Source of the DNA: Candidatus Woesebacteria bacterium RBG_16_42_24
GTDB taxonomy: Bacteria; Patescibacteriota; Microgenomatia; UBA8517
Direction of reading: 5' to 3'
Assembly: GCA_001792115.1 (NCBI GenBank)
Contig: MGFX01000001.1
Location: 304,705 to 368,704 of the forward strand
Length of the DNA: 64,000 nucleotides
A model generated the notes under the pieces. It worked only from the letters and a program-made list of their open reading frames with translations. It ran no database searches and was not told the origin of the DNA. Within the stretch, counting starts at the first letter, position 1. Every line of letters starts with the position of its first letter. Of this stretch, positions 19,738 to 29,044 are shown one piece after another. A program made the position numbers and the translations under genes.

Positions 19738-20946
19738 ATGCCACTTTTTGCTTACAAAGCACTCGATACAAAAGGTAAGATAGTTGAGGATACAATTCAA
19801 GCCACAACTAAAAAAGACGCTGCAACGATTCTTTCCGCCAATAATCTTAAGGTTCTCACTATCCAAAACTTAGAGGGAGGGATAGGCAATATTGTTTTAG
19901 GGGGCATTTCCATCTCCGAAAAGGCAAATTTTTGCAGGTTCATGGCCATAATGTTAAGAGCCGGTTTGCCGCTACCTGAAGCCCTCGAGATAATAAGACG
20001 AGAATCTTCAAACAAAAGGATGCAAAAAATTCTCGCCGATATTTCTTTTCAGACCAGAAAGGGAAGAAATCTTTCAGCGGTTTTATCGCAATACAAAGAA
20101 GACTTTGACCAAGTTTTTCTTACAATTGTAACCGCGGGCGAGCATTCAGGGACACTCGAGAAATCCTTTGACTATCTAGCCAAACAACTTATGGCCTCTT
20201 ATGAGTTTACCCAGAAAGTAAAAGGTTCTTTAATGTATCCTGCTGTAATAATCGCCGCCATGCTGGGGGAGGCCCTTCTTATGCTTCTTTTTGTGCTCCC
20301 CAAACTCTCGACTGTGTTTATGAGTCTTGATATTGAGCTTCCACTCGCAACCAGGTTAATCCTGGATTTTGGCAAATTTGTTGGAGACAATACCGCCCTC
20401 ACCCTAGGAGTATTTTTTGGCTTTATCGCCTTAGTATTATTTTTATTCACAAATAGAAAAACCAGAAGTTATCTATTTTCATTACTCACAAAGGTTCCTG
20501 TTGTTAAAAAGATGATTGTAGAGATAGACGTTTCTCGTTTTGCCAGGACTCTTTCCATTCTTTTAAAAAGTGGGGTACCCATAATTGAAACTCTGGAGGT
20601 TTCAGCAGGAGCCGTGAGTCAGCCAAAGTGGAAGGAAGCCACAAAACGCTTTTCTGCCCAGGTCGCACGGGGTAAAGCTCTCTCCGAGGTAATGCTTGAG
20701 GATGAGTTGTTTCCGGCGGTTTTAGCCCAAGCAGTAAGAACCGGAGAAGAAACAGGAAGTATAGATGTTGTTTTAGAAGACCTCGCCGATTTCTATGAGA
20801 AAGAGGTAGATTATTCTCTAAAAAGAGTCACTTCACTTCTCGAACCAGTTCTCATGCTTATTATAGGCATTGCAGTGGGGGTAATGGTGGTTCTTATAAT
20901 CACCCCGATCTATAGCATAGTGGGAGGGTTGGATAATTCGCTTTAA
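19738..20946 (+). CDS. pilC: type IV pilus platform protein PilC (GspF family)
   Basis: 402 aa. Two T2SSF repeats and 3 TM helices. Follows pilB. Confidence 0.85.
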   Translation: MPLFAYKALDTKGKIVEDTIQATTKKDAATILSANNLKVLTIQNLEGGIGNIVLGGISISEKANFCRFMAIMLRAGLPLPEALEIIRRESSNKRMQKILADISFQTRKGRNLSAVLSQYKEDFDQVFLTIVTAGEHSGTLEKSFDYLAKQLMASYEFTQKVKGSLMYPAVIIAAMLGEALLMLLFVLPKLSTVFMSLDIELPLATRLILDFGKFVGDNTALTLGVFFGFIALVLFLFTNRKTRSYLFSLLTKVPVVKKMIVEIDVSRFARTLSILLKSGVPIIETLEVSAGAVSQPKWKEATKRFSAQVARGKALSEVMLEDELFPAVLAQAVRTGEETGSIDVVLEDLADFYEKEVDYSLKRVTSLLEPVLMLIIGIAVGVMVVLIITPIYSIVGGLDNSL

Positions 20947-20953
20947 ATTTAAT

Positions 20954-21631
20954 ATGGATAGAAGCGGTGTAAATACTTTTTTCAAAGATATATTTAAGGA
21001 TCGCTCAAGCTTACTCCTTCTATTCATCGCATTAATCTTGATTTTGTTGCCAATTTTAATTTTGCGTTCACCAAAAAAAGTGACGGATACAATAAGAGAA
21101 GATCAAATTAAAATACAAAAAGGGGACCGAACTCTAATTGTTAGTGAAGACGGTAGCGTTGAGTATATAACCCCCGATGGAGTCTACTATGAAACCTGGG
21201 ATAGCGAGAGAGTGAGCAACTTTTTCAAGGAAATTAGGGCTTTGGCTAAAAGTAATCTAAACAAACCTCCCCCCAAGGAAGGAGCTCAAGGTTATTGGAT
21301 AACATTATATATTGACGGAGAGCTGGTCAAAATTTTTGTAGAGGGGACCAATGAATATATTGAGGAAATTCTTCAGGAGCTTGAGGAATTGGCTACAGGG
21401 GAAGAAGAACCCACGTTAGAGGACGTTTTTTCTGGCAATACCCCAACTCCCACACCGCAAGCCATCCCGACCTATACTTTTTTCCCCTCTCCCACGCCAA
21501 CTCCGGGTTATTTTGTTGGGGGCGGTAGTGTGGAAGAGGACTGTAGGCTTTGGCTGGAGCAGGGTTTAGGCAGTACAGTCATCTCGAACACGGTTTGCAT
21601 ACTCTCCAGCTCCCCGACTCCTACTCCCTAA
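20954..21631 (+). CDS. hypothetical membrane-anchored protein with a Pro/Thr-rich (TPTPTP) C-terminal region
   Basis: 225 aa. One N-terminal TM helix. Low-complexity PT repeats. Confidence 0.4.
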   Translation: MDRSGVNTFFKDIFKDRSSLLLLFIALILILLPILILRSPKKVTDTIREDQIKIQKGDRTLIVSEDGSVEYITPDGVYYETWDSERVSNFFKEIRALAKSNLNKPPPKEGAQGYWITLYIDGELVKIFVEGTNEYIEEILQELEELATGEEEPTLEDVFSGNTPTPTPQAIPTYTFFPSPTPTPGYFVGGGSVEEDCRLWLEQGLGSTVISNTVCILSSSPTPTP

Positions 21632-23018
21632 CTTCTTCCCAAGAAATAAATCTGTATTCTATTGTATTTGGGAAATATGGAGGCGGGTCAGTTCTCATGC
21701 TGGTGTCATAGTCCAGAGTACTTTTTATAAATCCCGCGGCAGGACTTTGTGGACCCTGGGAAAAATTCCAGTAAGAACTAAAGTTACTTATTAAAGAACC
21801 ATAAAAATTAAATTCATTCTTCATCTTGTCGCTAGAGTGGGAGCATTTAAACCAATTATAGTGGTGGCGGATAATTCGGCCGTTTTGGGCAAGGATTGCT
21901 GCATGTAAATCAAAATACTCTGGGACGTCCCTACCTATAATTATGTCCTTTTGGGCAATTAACCCCAGTCTTGAATTGCCGTCTTTTGCCAAGTATGTAA
22001 GGTCGTTAGTTATCCAAATATTTGTTTCAAAAGAACCAATCGGAAACCTCGCGGCGACCAATGTAATTTCTCCATTGACCACGCCGTCGACCCAAACCGT
22101 ATCTTCGGCAAAAACAATGTTCCTTTGTGAAATCTGATAGGTACCCAAAAGTGTTTCGGAGGTTATGTCCTGATAAAGGTTCTCACACCCTTTTTCTATA
22201 GAGTATCCCTTAAAAGAATTAACCCCGATAACCTTATAGACGGAAAAGTCTCCGTTATCTACGAATACTATGTGATAGCCTTGAGCAGCCGAGGGACCAA
22301 GATACAACCCATTTGTTTGGGAAGCAGCCTTTAATTTGGAGAAGTCCACCTTAATGCTGTCAAAGTCTATGGGCTTTACCGGGAAGCTCCATAGATCGTC
22401 AATCTCCCCGTTACCCCAGATGCCAGGTTTTTCTTCTGGATTGGTGCACCCGGTTTCTAGGCCGCAAATGTAAATTTCTTTTGAGGATTCGACGGTGGAG
22501 TTATTAGTTCCATCTTGTCTTATGCCGCCATTTGAGAATACCGGACCGTTAATTGTAACTCCATTGCCAAACCAAACATTGGAATTGTGTAAGAAAGAGA
22601 AGCTAGTTAGGGAAATGGCACCATAGCGAACTCGGATGGTTCTTCTGACTTTGGGATAACGGTTTGTCCAACCCGTCGAGGTGATTGTTACAATGTTTGA
22701 GGATTCGGCGGGTGGTGTCACCGTGAGATTGAACTGGCCAATCAATCCAACTTCAGGGTCTTCGTAGTCGTGGATACCAGTCCCGGAAGTAAAGTCTGTC
22801 GAATCTTGCAAAAGGTGCCAGCGGTAATAATTTACCCCTGCCTCTGCCATTGCTAAGGCAGAATCAGAGGCGACTTGGCGGTGCGAAAAGTCGAGTTGTT
22901 GCGAGATTGCAAATAGTATCCCGAATATGGCAACTGCAAAAGAAGCTACTATCACAAGAAGCGATGGGGTAATAGAACCTTTGATTAAGGCCGGACGGGA
23001 GAGATAATTCCTAATCAT
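21621..23018 (-). CDS. large pilin-like/pilus-associated secreted protein (start taken at the MIRNYL... Met to avoid a 68-nt overlap)
   Basis: About 465 aa. N-terminal hydrophobic segment (GSITPSLLVIVASFAVAIFGILFAI) followed by a beta-rich domain. Sits in the T4P cluster. Confidence 0.45.
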   Translation of the reverse strand: MIRNYLSRPALIKGSITPSLLVIVASFAVAIFGILFAISQQLDFSHRQVASDSALAMAEAGVNYYRWHLLQDSTDFTSGTGIHDYEDPEVGLIGQFNLTVTPPAESSNIVTITSTGWTNRYPKVRRTIRVRYGAISLTSFSFLHNSNVWFGNGVTINGPVFSNGGIRQDGTNNSTVESSKEIYICGLETGCTNPEEKPGIWGNGEIDDLWSFPVKPIDFDSIKVDFSKLKAASQTNGLYLGPSAAQGYHIVFVDNGDFSVYKVIGVNSFKGYSIEKGCENLYQDITSETLLGTYQISQRNIVFAEDTVWVDGVVNGEITLVAARFPIGSFETNIWITNDLTYLAKDGNSRLGLIAQKDIIIGRDVPEYFDLHAAILAQNGRIIRHHYNWFKCSHSSDKMKNEFNFYGSLISNFSSYWNFSQGPQSPAAGFIKSTLDYDTSMRTDPPPYFPNTIEYRFISWEEVRE

Positions 23019-23631
23019 TTTCTTTAACCATTCTAATTTGTATAAATGATTCGATAGTATAATCTTTGACGGGGTCACTAGCTTTAGTATTAAGAGTCAA
23101 TGCAATCTTTACAAGTTGGGTGTCCGATAGTCTGCTAGCGAGTGCCAGGGGGTTATTGATAGTATCTTGTGGCCAGTCTTTATTGTAATAATAAAAAATT
23201 GGACTCGCCCCATTTCGGACATAATTTGTAATAACTTTTATACTCTCGGAATTTACTGGGTAAGAAATTGGCGGATCGGTAGGTTCTATAGTTGCCTTGG
23301 TTAAGGAAGTCCCAGTTAGCGTATAGCGGATTCGTTCCACTTCTCCGTCAAAATCATAATCTGAATAAAATATTATTTCCTGATCGGAAAGAGTAACTAG
23401 GGGGAAAGAACCGTCGTCGGCTTCCTTCGCGTTTCTAAGTTCGCGGGCAAATATGGAAACAACGCTATTTGAATCCTCAACAGTCAGATAATTTTGAAAA
23501 ACGGAAACTTGGTTTTGGCTGATTATGAATTGGATGCTTAAAACCGCTCCTGCCAAGATAGTAAGTAGGATGACGCTGATAAGAATTTCAATAAGTGTAA
23601 AACCTGATTCTTTTGCCTGGGTTAGTTTCAT
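23011..23631 (-). CDS. prepilin-type minor pilin/pseudopilin
   Basis: Class III signal KESG|FTLIEILISVILLTIL (N-methylation site, Glu at +5). 206 aa. Confidence 0.7.
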   Translation of the reverse strand: MKLTQAKESGFTLIEILISVILLTILAGAVLSIQFIISQNQVSVFQNYLTVEDSNSVVSIFARELRNAKEADDGSFPLVTLSDQEIIFYSDYDFDGEVERIRYTLTGTSLTKATIEPTDPPISYPVNSESIKVITNYVRNGASPIFYYYNKDWPQDTINNPLALASRLSDTQLVKIALTLNTKASDPVKDYTIESFIQIRMVKEND

Positions 23632-23636
23632 TTTTG

Positions 23637-25046
23637 TTATTCCGGCGTCAACACTATTTCGTCTTTGGTATATTCTGTGACAATAACCTCTCCCGTGTAA
23701 TTTAAAAATCCCGAGGCAGTGGCTTCAACTTGATAGGTTTTCTCTTCCAAGCCAGAAAAAAGGGTTTGTCCAAAGTCCGGCGCGGAACTGCCCCCCGTAG
23801 TTTTGGTTTGGTCAAAACTGACCCCGTCGTAGACTTTTACATAGACATTTTCAATTAGGCTTAGGGTTGGGTCTTTGACAAAAGTCAGAAGGCTATGAGT
23901 GGAATGTGCGTAAACGACAAAGGTTAAAACATTTGTAGAGTCTGGGACGATGTTAAGAGGCAGGAGGGGTGTCGCACCTCCGATATCATATGAGGTTCCC
24001 GTATCCATGTATATTTGGTAGACATCCCACTCTAGATCCTGAATAGTGACTTGCCCACTAGCATTAGTCGTAAAGGGATCGTCCAGCTTATATATGGGTT
24101 GAGCATAGGCGTCTGTCCCTAAAATCTTTGAACCTCGGAGCTTAAAGGATACGTCGGGGGCGGGAGAGTAGTTTTGCTCCCTCCCGGTTACGGAAGATAC
24201 GCTAAGAGTCGACGTCTTGTCGATTGCAAAACTTATTTGGGTCACTTGGTCGGCAAATACCCCCTGGTCTTGTTTTAGAGGATTAGTGATTTCAGAAATG
24301 GAGTAGGTTCGCTCTAAACTATAATCAGTTTTTGTAACCGTGATTCTATAACAGGCGACGCATTCGGTTGCGCCCGGAAGAGTAACTTCTCCGTCCTCGT
24401 CGGTTTCGTATGTTACGTCGATTGCCGGGGTGATGCCGCTTGAGACGATATTCACAGAGGCTTGGGGAAGGGGATTTCCATTGGCGTCAAAGACCAATAC
24501 CTTCAAGACCCCGCCCTCAATCTCTGTTGCTATGCCAGATGAAATATCGGTTGATATTGCCACTGGGTTTCGGGAGGATGCGGCAATACCCCCCCAAGTC
24601 ACCTCGACCTTTACCCTTTTGTAATCTGCGGGATCCGTATCGGTGGGGGCAATTGTGTCAAAGGGGTCGTCGATATAAATTATGATAGTTCTTACCATAT
24701 AGTTAATTCCGTTTCTTTGGAGGTTCTCGCCTTGAGCAAGATTTCCAGGAGGAATGCCTCCCAGGGTACCAACGTCGTCGTATGGGAGGTTTCTTATTAC
24801 CTCTATTTTCTCCTGGGCAATGTACTTTGCGGCAATTCTAGCCCGGCTATAAGAGATTATTTCGTAGCTAAGCGAGCTGATCCTGAATAGGGCTAAACCG
24901 AAGATTGAAAGTAGTGCAATTCCCAATAACAAATCGAAGTAACTTTGGCCCTTTAGTAAATTTCTCACACTAGGCAGGAATTTGGGCATATTTTTAGTAT
25001 AGCATTCGACCTGTTTCTCAGGGAGACATTCCTTGTGTATAATCAA
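23637..25046 (-). CDS. pilin-like (PilV-type) protein with C-terminal beta-rich, carboxypeptidase-regulatory-like repeats
   Basis: Possible true start at the MPKFLPS... Met (position 24989). Prepilin-like segment G|QSYFDLLLGIALLSIFG with Asp at +5. 469 aa. Confidence 0.45.
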   Translation of the reverse strand: MIIHKECLPEKQVECYTKNMPKFLPSVRNLLKGQSYFDLLLGIALLSIFGLALFRISSLSYEIISYSRARIAAKYIAQEKIEVIRNLPYDDVGTLGGIPPGNLAQGENLQRNGINYMVRTIIIYIDDPFDTIAPTDTDPADYKRVKVEVTWGGIAASSRNPVAISTDISSGIATEIEGGVLKVLVFDANGNPLPQASVNIVSSGITPAIDVTYETDEDGEVTLPGATECVACYRITVTKTDYSLERTYSISEITNPLKQDQGVFADQVTQISFAIDKTSTLSVSSVTGREQNYSPAPDVSFKLRGSKILGTDAYAQPIYKLDDPFTTNASGQVTIQDLEWDVYQIYMDTGTSYDIGGATPLLPLNIVPDSTNVLTFVVYAHSTHSLLTFVKDPTLSLIENVYVKVYDGVSFDQTKTTGGSSAPDFGQTLFSGLEEKTYQVEATASGFLNYTGEVIVTEYTKDEIVLTPE

Positions 25047-25076
25047 GGATAAGGTAGGGAACTACCTAATCTGCCC

Positions 25077-26525
25077 ATGCAAAGAAAATCTTTTGTTGCA
25101 ATAACCTTCACTCGGCAAAAACTCCAGGTAGTAAAACTCAATTCGGGCAAAACTCGCGTTGAAAAATTTGCCACGGTTGACTTGCCCCAGGGAATAATTT
25201 CTGACAATCAGGTTGTAAATCCGCAAGGGCTCACGCAGGTTATTAAAAATATATGGCGAGAGCTCGGGTTCAGAGAGAAAACTGTGGGGATTGTAATACC
25301 GGAGTTCTCCACCTTTGTGAAACCACTAGAACTTCCTAAATTAGAGGTTTCGGAACTCGACGAAGCTGTTCGTTGGCAGGCTCAGGAGTTTCTTCCCACT
25401 GGGAGTTCCGAGATGGTTATGGATTGGAAAATAGTTGGCGAAAATGGGGAAAAATACCACATTCTGACGCTCGCCATGAAGAAGGCAGTCTTGGCGGGCT
25501 ATGTGGATGCGGTTTCTATGGCAGGACTTTATCCACTATTGGTTAAGACTCCGGCTCTCACACTAAACTCTCTCACGGGCAAAGAACCTTTGGGCAAACT
25601 AATTATCTATTCCAATTTCGGAGAAACAGTACTAGTCGTTGCTTACGGAGAAAAGATATTGGGAAGCTCGGTCTTGAATCTTGATGAAAAAGTGGACGTG
25701 GTTGAGAGTGCAAGCCTAATAGTTAAGCATTATAAAGAAGTCGAAATAAAAAAAGTTTTTGTAGGTGGGGCAGATATAACGCAGGCTTTTGCTGCCCAAG
25801 TCGGTAAGATTTTAGGTAGACCGGTCGAGGTTTTAAAATCGACCGTTCAGGGAATTCCGCCTGGAGAGCTCCAAAAGTATCTAGTTACAATTTCATTGGG
25901 ATTAGCTAAAAGCGTGGGTCCTTCGGACGAGACTACAATCAATTTGCTGCCCGTAACTTGGGTGAAAAGATATGAGGGCAAAAGGCTTAAATCGCAAATC
26001 TGGGGACTATTGAGCTTATCGACCCTGGTCATTCTAGGCTGTTTAATTGTCACCGCAGGAACCTATTTCTATCTGGGGAGAGAAGCCGAAAGAATTGCAG
26101 GGGAAAATAAAACCAAGGTGACAACAGTTCCCGAAGAACTTACGGCGAAGATTTCTGAAATTAATGAAACTAGTGCTCGAATACTTGCGGTTTCTGAAGT
26201 TTCCCAGACCCCGCAAGAGGTGATAAACTCGATTCTCGCCGTAAAACCCCCCGAAGTGACAATTAAGGAGTATAAACTTGACCTCGACAACGGAAAAATA
26301 TTTTTTAAGGGAGTAAGCCCGACTCGAGAAGCTCTGGTTAAATTTAAAGAAGGGCTAGAAGGGAATCCCGAGTTTGCATCCATTTCTATTCCAATTTCTA
26401 GCTTTGAGGCAGAAATAGACTTAGAGTATGAAGTAAATTTGATATTTGTTCCTGCAACTCGGAAAGCGGGGTCGACCCCCAAGCTTCCACAAAATGTTAA
26501 AAACACAAACACCCCAGGTATCTAA
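25077..26525 (+). CDS. pilM: type IV pilus assembly protein PilM with a fused C-terminal PilN-like transmembrane/periplasmic segment
   Basis: N-terminal actin-like PilM domain (IVIPEFSTFVK...AVRWQAQEFLP). TM helix at approximately residue 310, then a PilN-like domain. 482 aa. Confidence 0.7.
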   Translation: MQRKSFVAITFTRQKLQVVKLNSGKTRVEKFATVDLPQGIISDNQVVNPQGLTQVIKNIWRELGFREKTVGIVIPEFSTFVKPLELPKLEVSELDEAVRWQAQEFLPTGSSEMVMDWKIVGENGEKYHILTLAMKKAVLAGYVDAVSMAGLYPLLVKTPALTLNSLTGKEPLGKLIIYSNFGETVLVVAYGEKILGSSVLNLDEKVDVVESASLIVKHYKEVEIKKVFVGGADITQAFAAQVGKILGRPVEVLKSTVQGIPPGELQKYLVTISLGLAKSVGPSDETTINLLPVTWVKRYEGKRLKSQIWGLLSLSTLVILGCLIVTAGTYFYLGREAERIAGENKTKVTTVPEELTAKISEINETSARILAVSEVSQTPQEVINSILAVKPPEVTIKEYKLDLDNGKIFFKGVSPTREALVKFKEGLEGNPEFASISIPISSFEAEIDLEYEVNLIFVPATRKAGSTPKLPQNVKNTNTPGI

Positions 26526-27183
26526 TAAATCGAAGGTGAATCAGGCAACAACCCTTAAGGGAAGTCCGATAGATGTGACTAAACCTCCCAAGAGGGAGGC
26601 CGAAGAGGAAGTTATAGAGGTGTTTGACGAGGCTGGAGGGATTAAAAAAGGAAGTTTTCTAGGGAATTTACTTATAAGGGCAGCGATACTTGCCTTCATC
26701 AATCTGGTAGGCGTTGCGGGTATTATATATTTTGACCGAAGCATTGCCAAGAAAGCTATCGAGGTCAAAAATCTAAGGAGCGAGCAAATAGGCCTAAGCA
26801 ATCAGAATTCAGAAGTAATCAGAAATAGCATTGAGCAATATCAGAAGAAGGGGGAAGTACTTGCACAGGTATTTCCCAATGACGCTGGACTTGTAGATTT
26901 TGCCAACGAACTGGATAGAATTAGGAAAGAGGGAAAAATTGTCGGATTTACTTTTGTGGCAGAAGAGGCAGTAAAAGATAAAACTGGTTCGTTAGGGATC
27001 CCCGTGTTAATTGAAATTAAAGGCACTTGGGCAGAAATTGACACCGACTTACGAAAAATCCAAGCTCTTCCGTTTTTGCTGCGCGCAATCCAGGTAGAAG
27101 CGGGACCGGCCCTCGAAGAGGGACAAATTGACTTTACATTTGGGGGCTTTTTATATGTTGGGAAAGACTTTAGGAAAAATTGA
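26494..27183 (+). CDS. PilO-like pilus assembly protein
   Basis: Basic N-terminus, one TM helix (LLIRAAILAFINLVGVAGIIYF), then a coiled-coil/ferredoxin-like region. The ORF-track start at 26446 is probably upstream of the true start. Confidence 0.45.
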   Translation: MLKTQTPQVSNKSKVNQATTLKGSPIDVTKPPKREAEEEVIEVFDEAGGIKKGSFLGNLLIRAAILAFINLVGVAGIIYFDRSIAKKAIEVKNLRSEQIGLSNQNSEVIRNSIEQYQKKGEVLAQVFPNDAGLVDFANELDRIRKEGKIVGFTFVAEEAVKDKTGSLGIPVLIEIKGTWAEIDTDLRKIQALPFLLRAIQVEAGPALEEGQIDFTFGGFLYVGKDFRKN

Positions 27184-27394
27184 CCGGTTCTATCCGATTT
27201 TGGTAATAGTGCTTATTGCACTTTCTGTCCTTGTGTTTTTTTCATTAAGGAGTGTATTTAATGGGCTTACTAATGCGAGCGAATTTGATCTGGGTGTTGC
27301 ACCTTCAAATACAAAAATTAACGAGAAAAATCTTAACGAGGCATACAAAGAAGTATCTGAAAAGCCAGTATTAAAATTCGACTTGGCCCAATAA
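27128..27394 (+). CDS. small hypothetical membrane protein
   Basis: 88 aa with one TM helix. Overlaps the pilO 3' end in another frame, so it may not be real. Confidence 0.25.
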   Translation: MTLHLGAFYMLGKTLGKIDRFYPILVIVLIALSVLVFFSLRSVFNGLTNASEFDLGVAPSNTKINEKNLNEAYKEVSEKPVLKFDLAQ

Positions 27395-27398
27395 GGAA

Positions 27399-27869
27399 TT
27401 GGGCGATATAATGAAACAAGTGAGAAAAGGATTTACACTTATCGAACTTCTTGTGACGATTGCCATAATAGGCATTTTAGCTACAGTCTCGATAAGCGCC
27501 TTAAATCCCCAGAGGCAGTTGGCTAAAGCTCGTGATACCCAAAGGAAAACCGATATTTATTCTATCGCCTCAGCCATATATCAGTTCGCATCTGAACACT
27601 CAGGAGATTTGCCCGATACAGACGGAAATCCTCTGACGAGTAACTTTCCAACGAGCCCAACTTGTGTTGGGACCGGTGGCGGTTGTTTCAATCTGGGTGC
27701 AGCAGGGGATACAGAACCCGTTGTCCCGACTTATATGGCAGCAATGCCCAAGGATCCGAAAACAGGAACGGACGCCAATACAGGCTACCTTGTAAATAAA
27801 GATGCTAACGGAAGAATAGTCTTAACCGCAACCGGCGAAGTCGATAACCCCATAACGGTAACGAAATAG
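27399..27869 (+). CDS. pilA: type IV major pilin (prepilin)
   Basis: Leader ...KQVRKG|FTLIELLVTIAIIGILA. Alternative start at 27411 gives a 7-aa leader. Cys pair (CVGTGGGC) in the C-terminal domain. Confidence 0.85.
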   Translation: MGDIMKQVRKGFTLIELLVTIAIIGILATVSISALNPQRQLAKARDTQRKTDIYSIASAIYQFASEHSGDLPDTDGNPLTSNFPTSPTCVGTGGGCFNLGAAGDTEPVVPTYMAAMPKDPKTGTDANTGYLVNKDANGRIVLTATGEVDNPITVTK

Positions 27870-27955
27870 GCTTTGCTTTCAATATTTATAACAGCATTCA
27901 AGAAAACCCCGATTAAATCGGGGATGAATTGAACGCTGATATGCCATCATGATTT

Positions 27956-29044
27956 ATGAGAGCTGAACAGATTAACGAAACTATCCCTAGGTTATTAGTT
28001 AGTAATGAATTTGCCGGCTTCGTTTCTACAGGAAATTTTAATTATGAGCAGACGCAAAAATTGATTCTTCTTCATGTTGGTTTAATTGGCGAACATAATT
28101 TAAATACTCCCTATACAGCCTTTACCGATAAAGGTAGAGGTCTATCTTTCCAGCCCATAAGACTTGGTGAAGATTTAGTTTTAAAAACTGGACCGATAGG
28201 AGCATTTAGCGCTGAGGAGATAGCCGTTTTTATTCAAGAGCAATCCAGAAATTATGTGGATAGAACAACCATGGGTAGGGGTTTTCCGAGGGGCGATATG
28301 GGGGCAGAGCAGGAACTATTGGCGGTGTTTATAGACGGATTTAGTAGCAGTGACGTTTTTATAGTAATAGAAAAAGAGTTGCCGGAGGGAATTTCAACTA
28401 TCGGTGGGGCAAGAATTGTAAGGGGTATTTCCCAAAGAACCCTGAAAGAAACAGCCTCTTATGAAGAATATTTAAAAAAGGGGCCCCTATCTTCTCTTCC
28501 GACATTTTCTGCAGTTAAGCTGAAGGGAGAAGATGTTTTTTCCTCAGACCTTTTAAGTGTGCCAGAGAAAGATTGCACTTGTATAACGAGATACTGGAGG
28601 GAGGATGATTATACCCTGGCGGCACTGCAAGTAAATAATTCGCAGATACCGGTGGACATAATAGCTGCAATGCCCATTGCCTATTCAGTCTACTTTGCTA
28701 AGGAAGCGGGGGTGAGGAATGTTCCGAGGGTCGCGGTTTATGACATTCATATGCGCGCAATTGCAGAATTTGCCAGAGATAATTTTGCATCTCAAATAAT
28801 TGCGGATGGCGAGGGGGTAGTTCCGACTAGAGAGGTTTTAGATTCAGTTCTTAAATACCATTATGGCGGCCAGGAGTTAGAAGGTTATCGGGGAAAGATT
28901 GTGGTTGGCGGATTCCACACCTCAAGTTTCCTAAGTAGATCCCTCAAATACCTAGAGGGGAGGGTAGAATTAGACGATTCAGTTTTACAGATAGCAAAAG
29001 ATGTGATAAAAAGTAGTGTAAATTTCCCGCCCGAATTGGCATGA
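27956..29044 (+). CDS. hypothetical protein (362 aa) with no recognisable motif, translationally coupled to the downstream E1-like gene
   Basis: Long ORF with good coding character. Its stop overlaps the next ATG (ATGA at 29041-29044). Confidence 0.5.
   Translation: MRAEQINETIPRLLVSNEFAGFVSTGNFNYEQTQKLILLHVGLIGEHNLNTPYTAFTDKGRGLSFQPIRLGEDLVLKTGPIGAFSAEEIAVFIQEQSRNYVDRTTMGRGFPRGDMGAEQELLAVFIDGFSSSDVFIVIEKELPEGISTIGGARIVRGISQRTLKETASYEEYLKKGPLSSLPTFSAVKLKGEDVFSSDLLSVPEKDCTCITRYWREDDYTLAALQVNNSQIPVDIIAAMPIAYSVYFAKEAGVRNVPRVAVYDIHMRAIAEFARDNFASQIIADGEGVVPTREVLDSVLKYHYGGQELEGYRGKIVVGGFHTSSFLSRSLKYLEGRVELDDSVLQIAKDVIKSSVNFPPELA

Noticed and set aside
23011-23078. 68-nt overlap between the 206-aa minor pilin and the N-terminus of the 485-aa ORF as given in the track
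   Set aside because: It is more parsimonious that the large gene starts at the internal Met (MIRNYL..., 23018), which removes the long overlap. The track start at 23078 is probably upstream of the true start.
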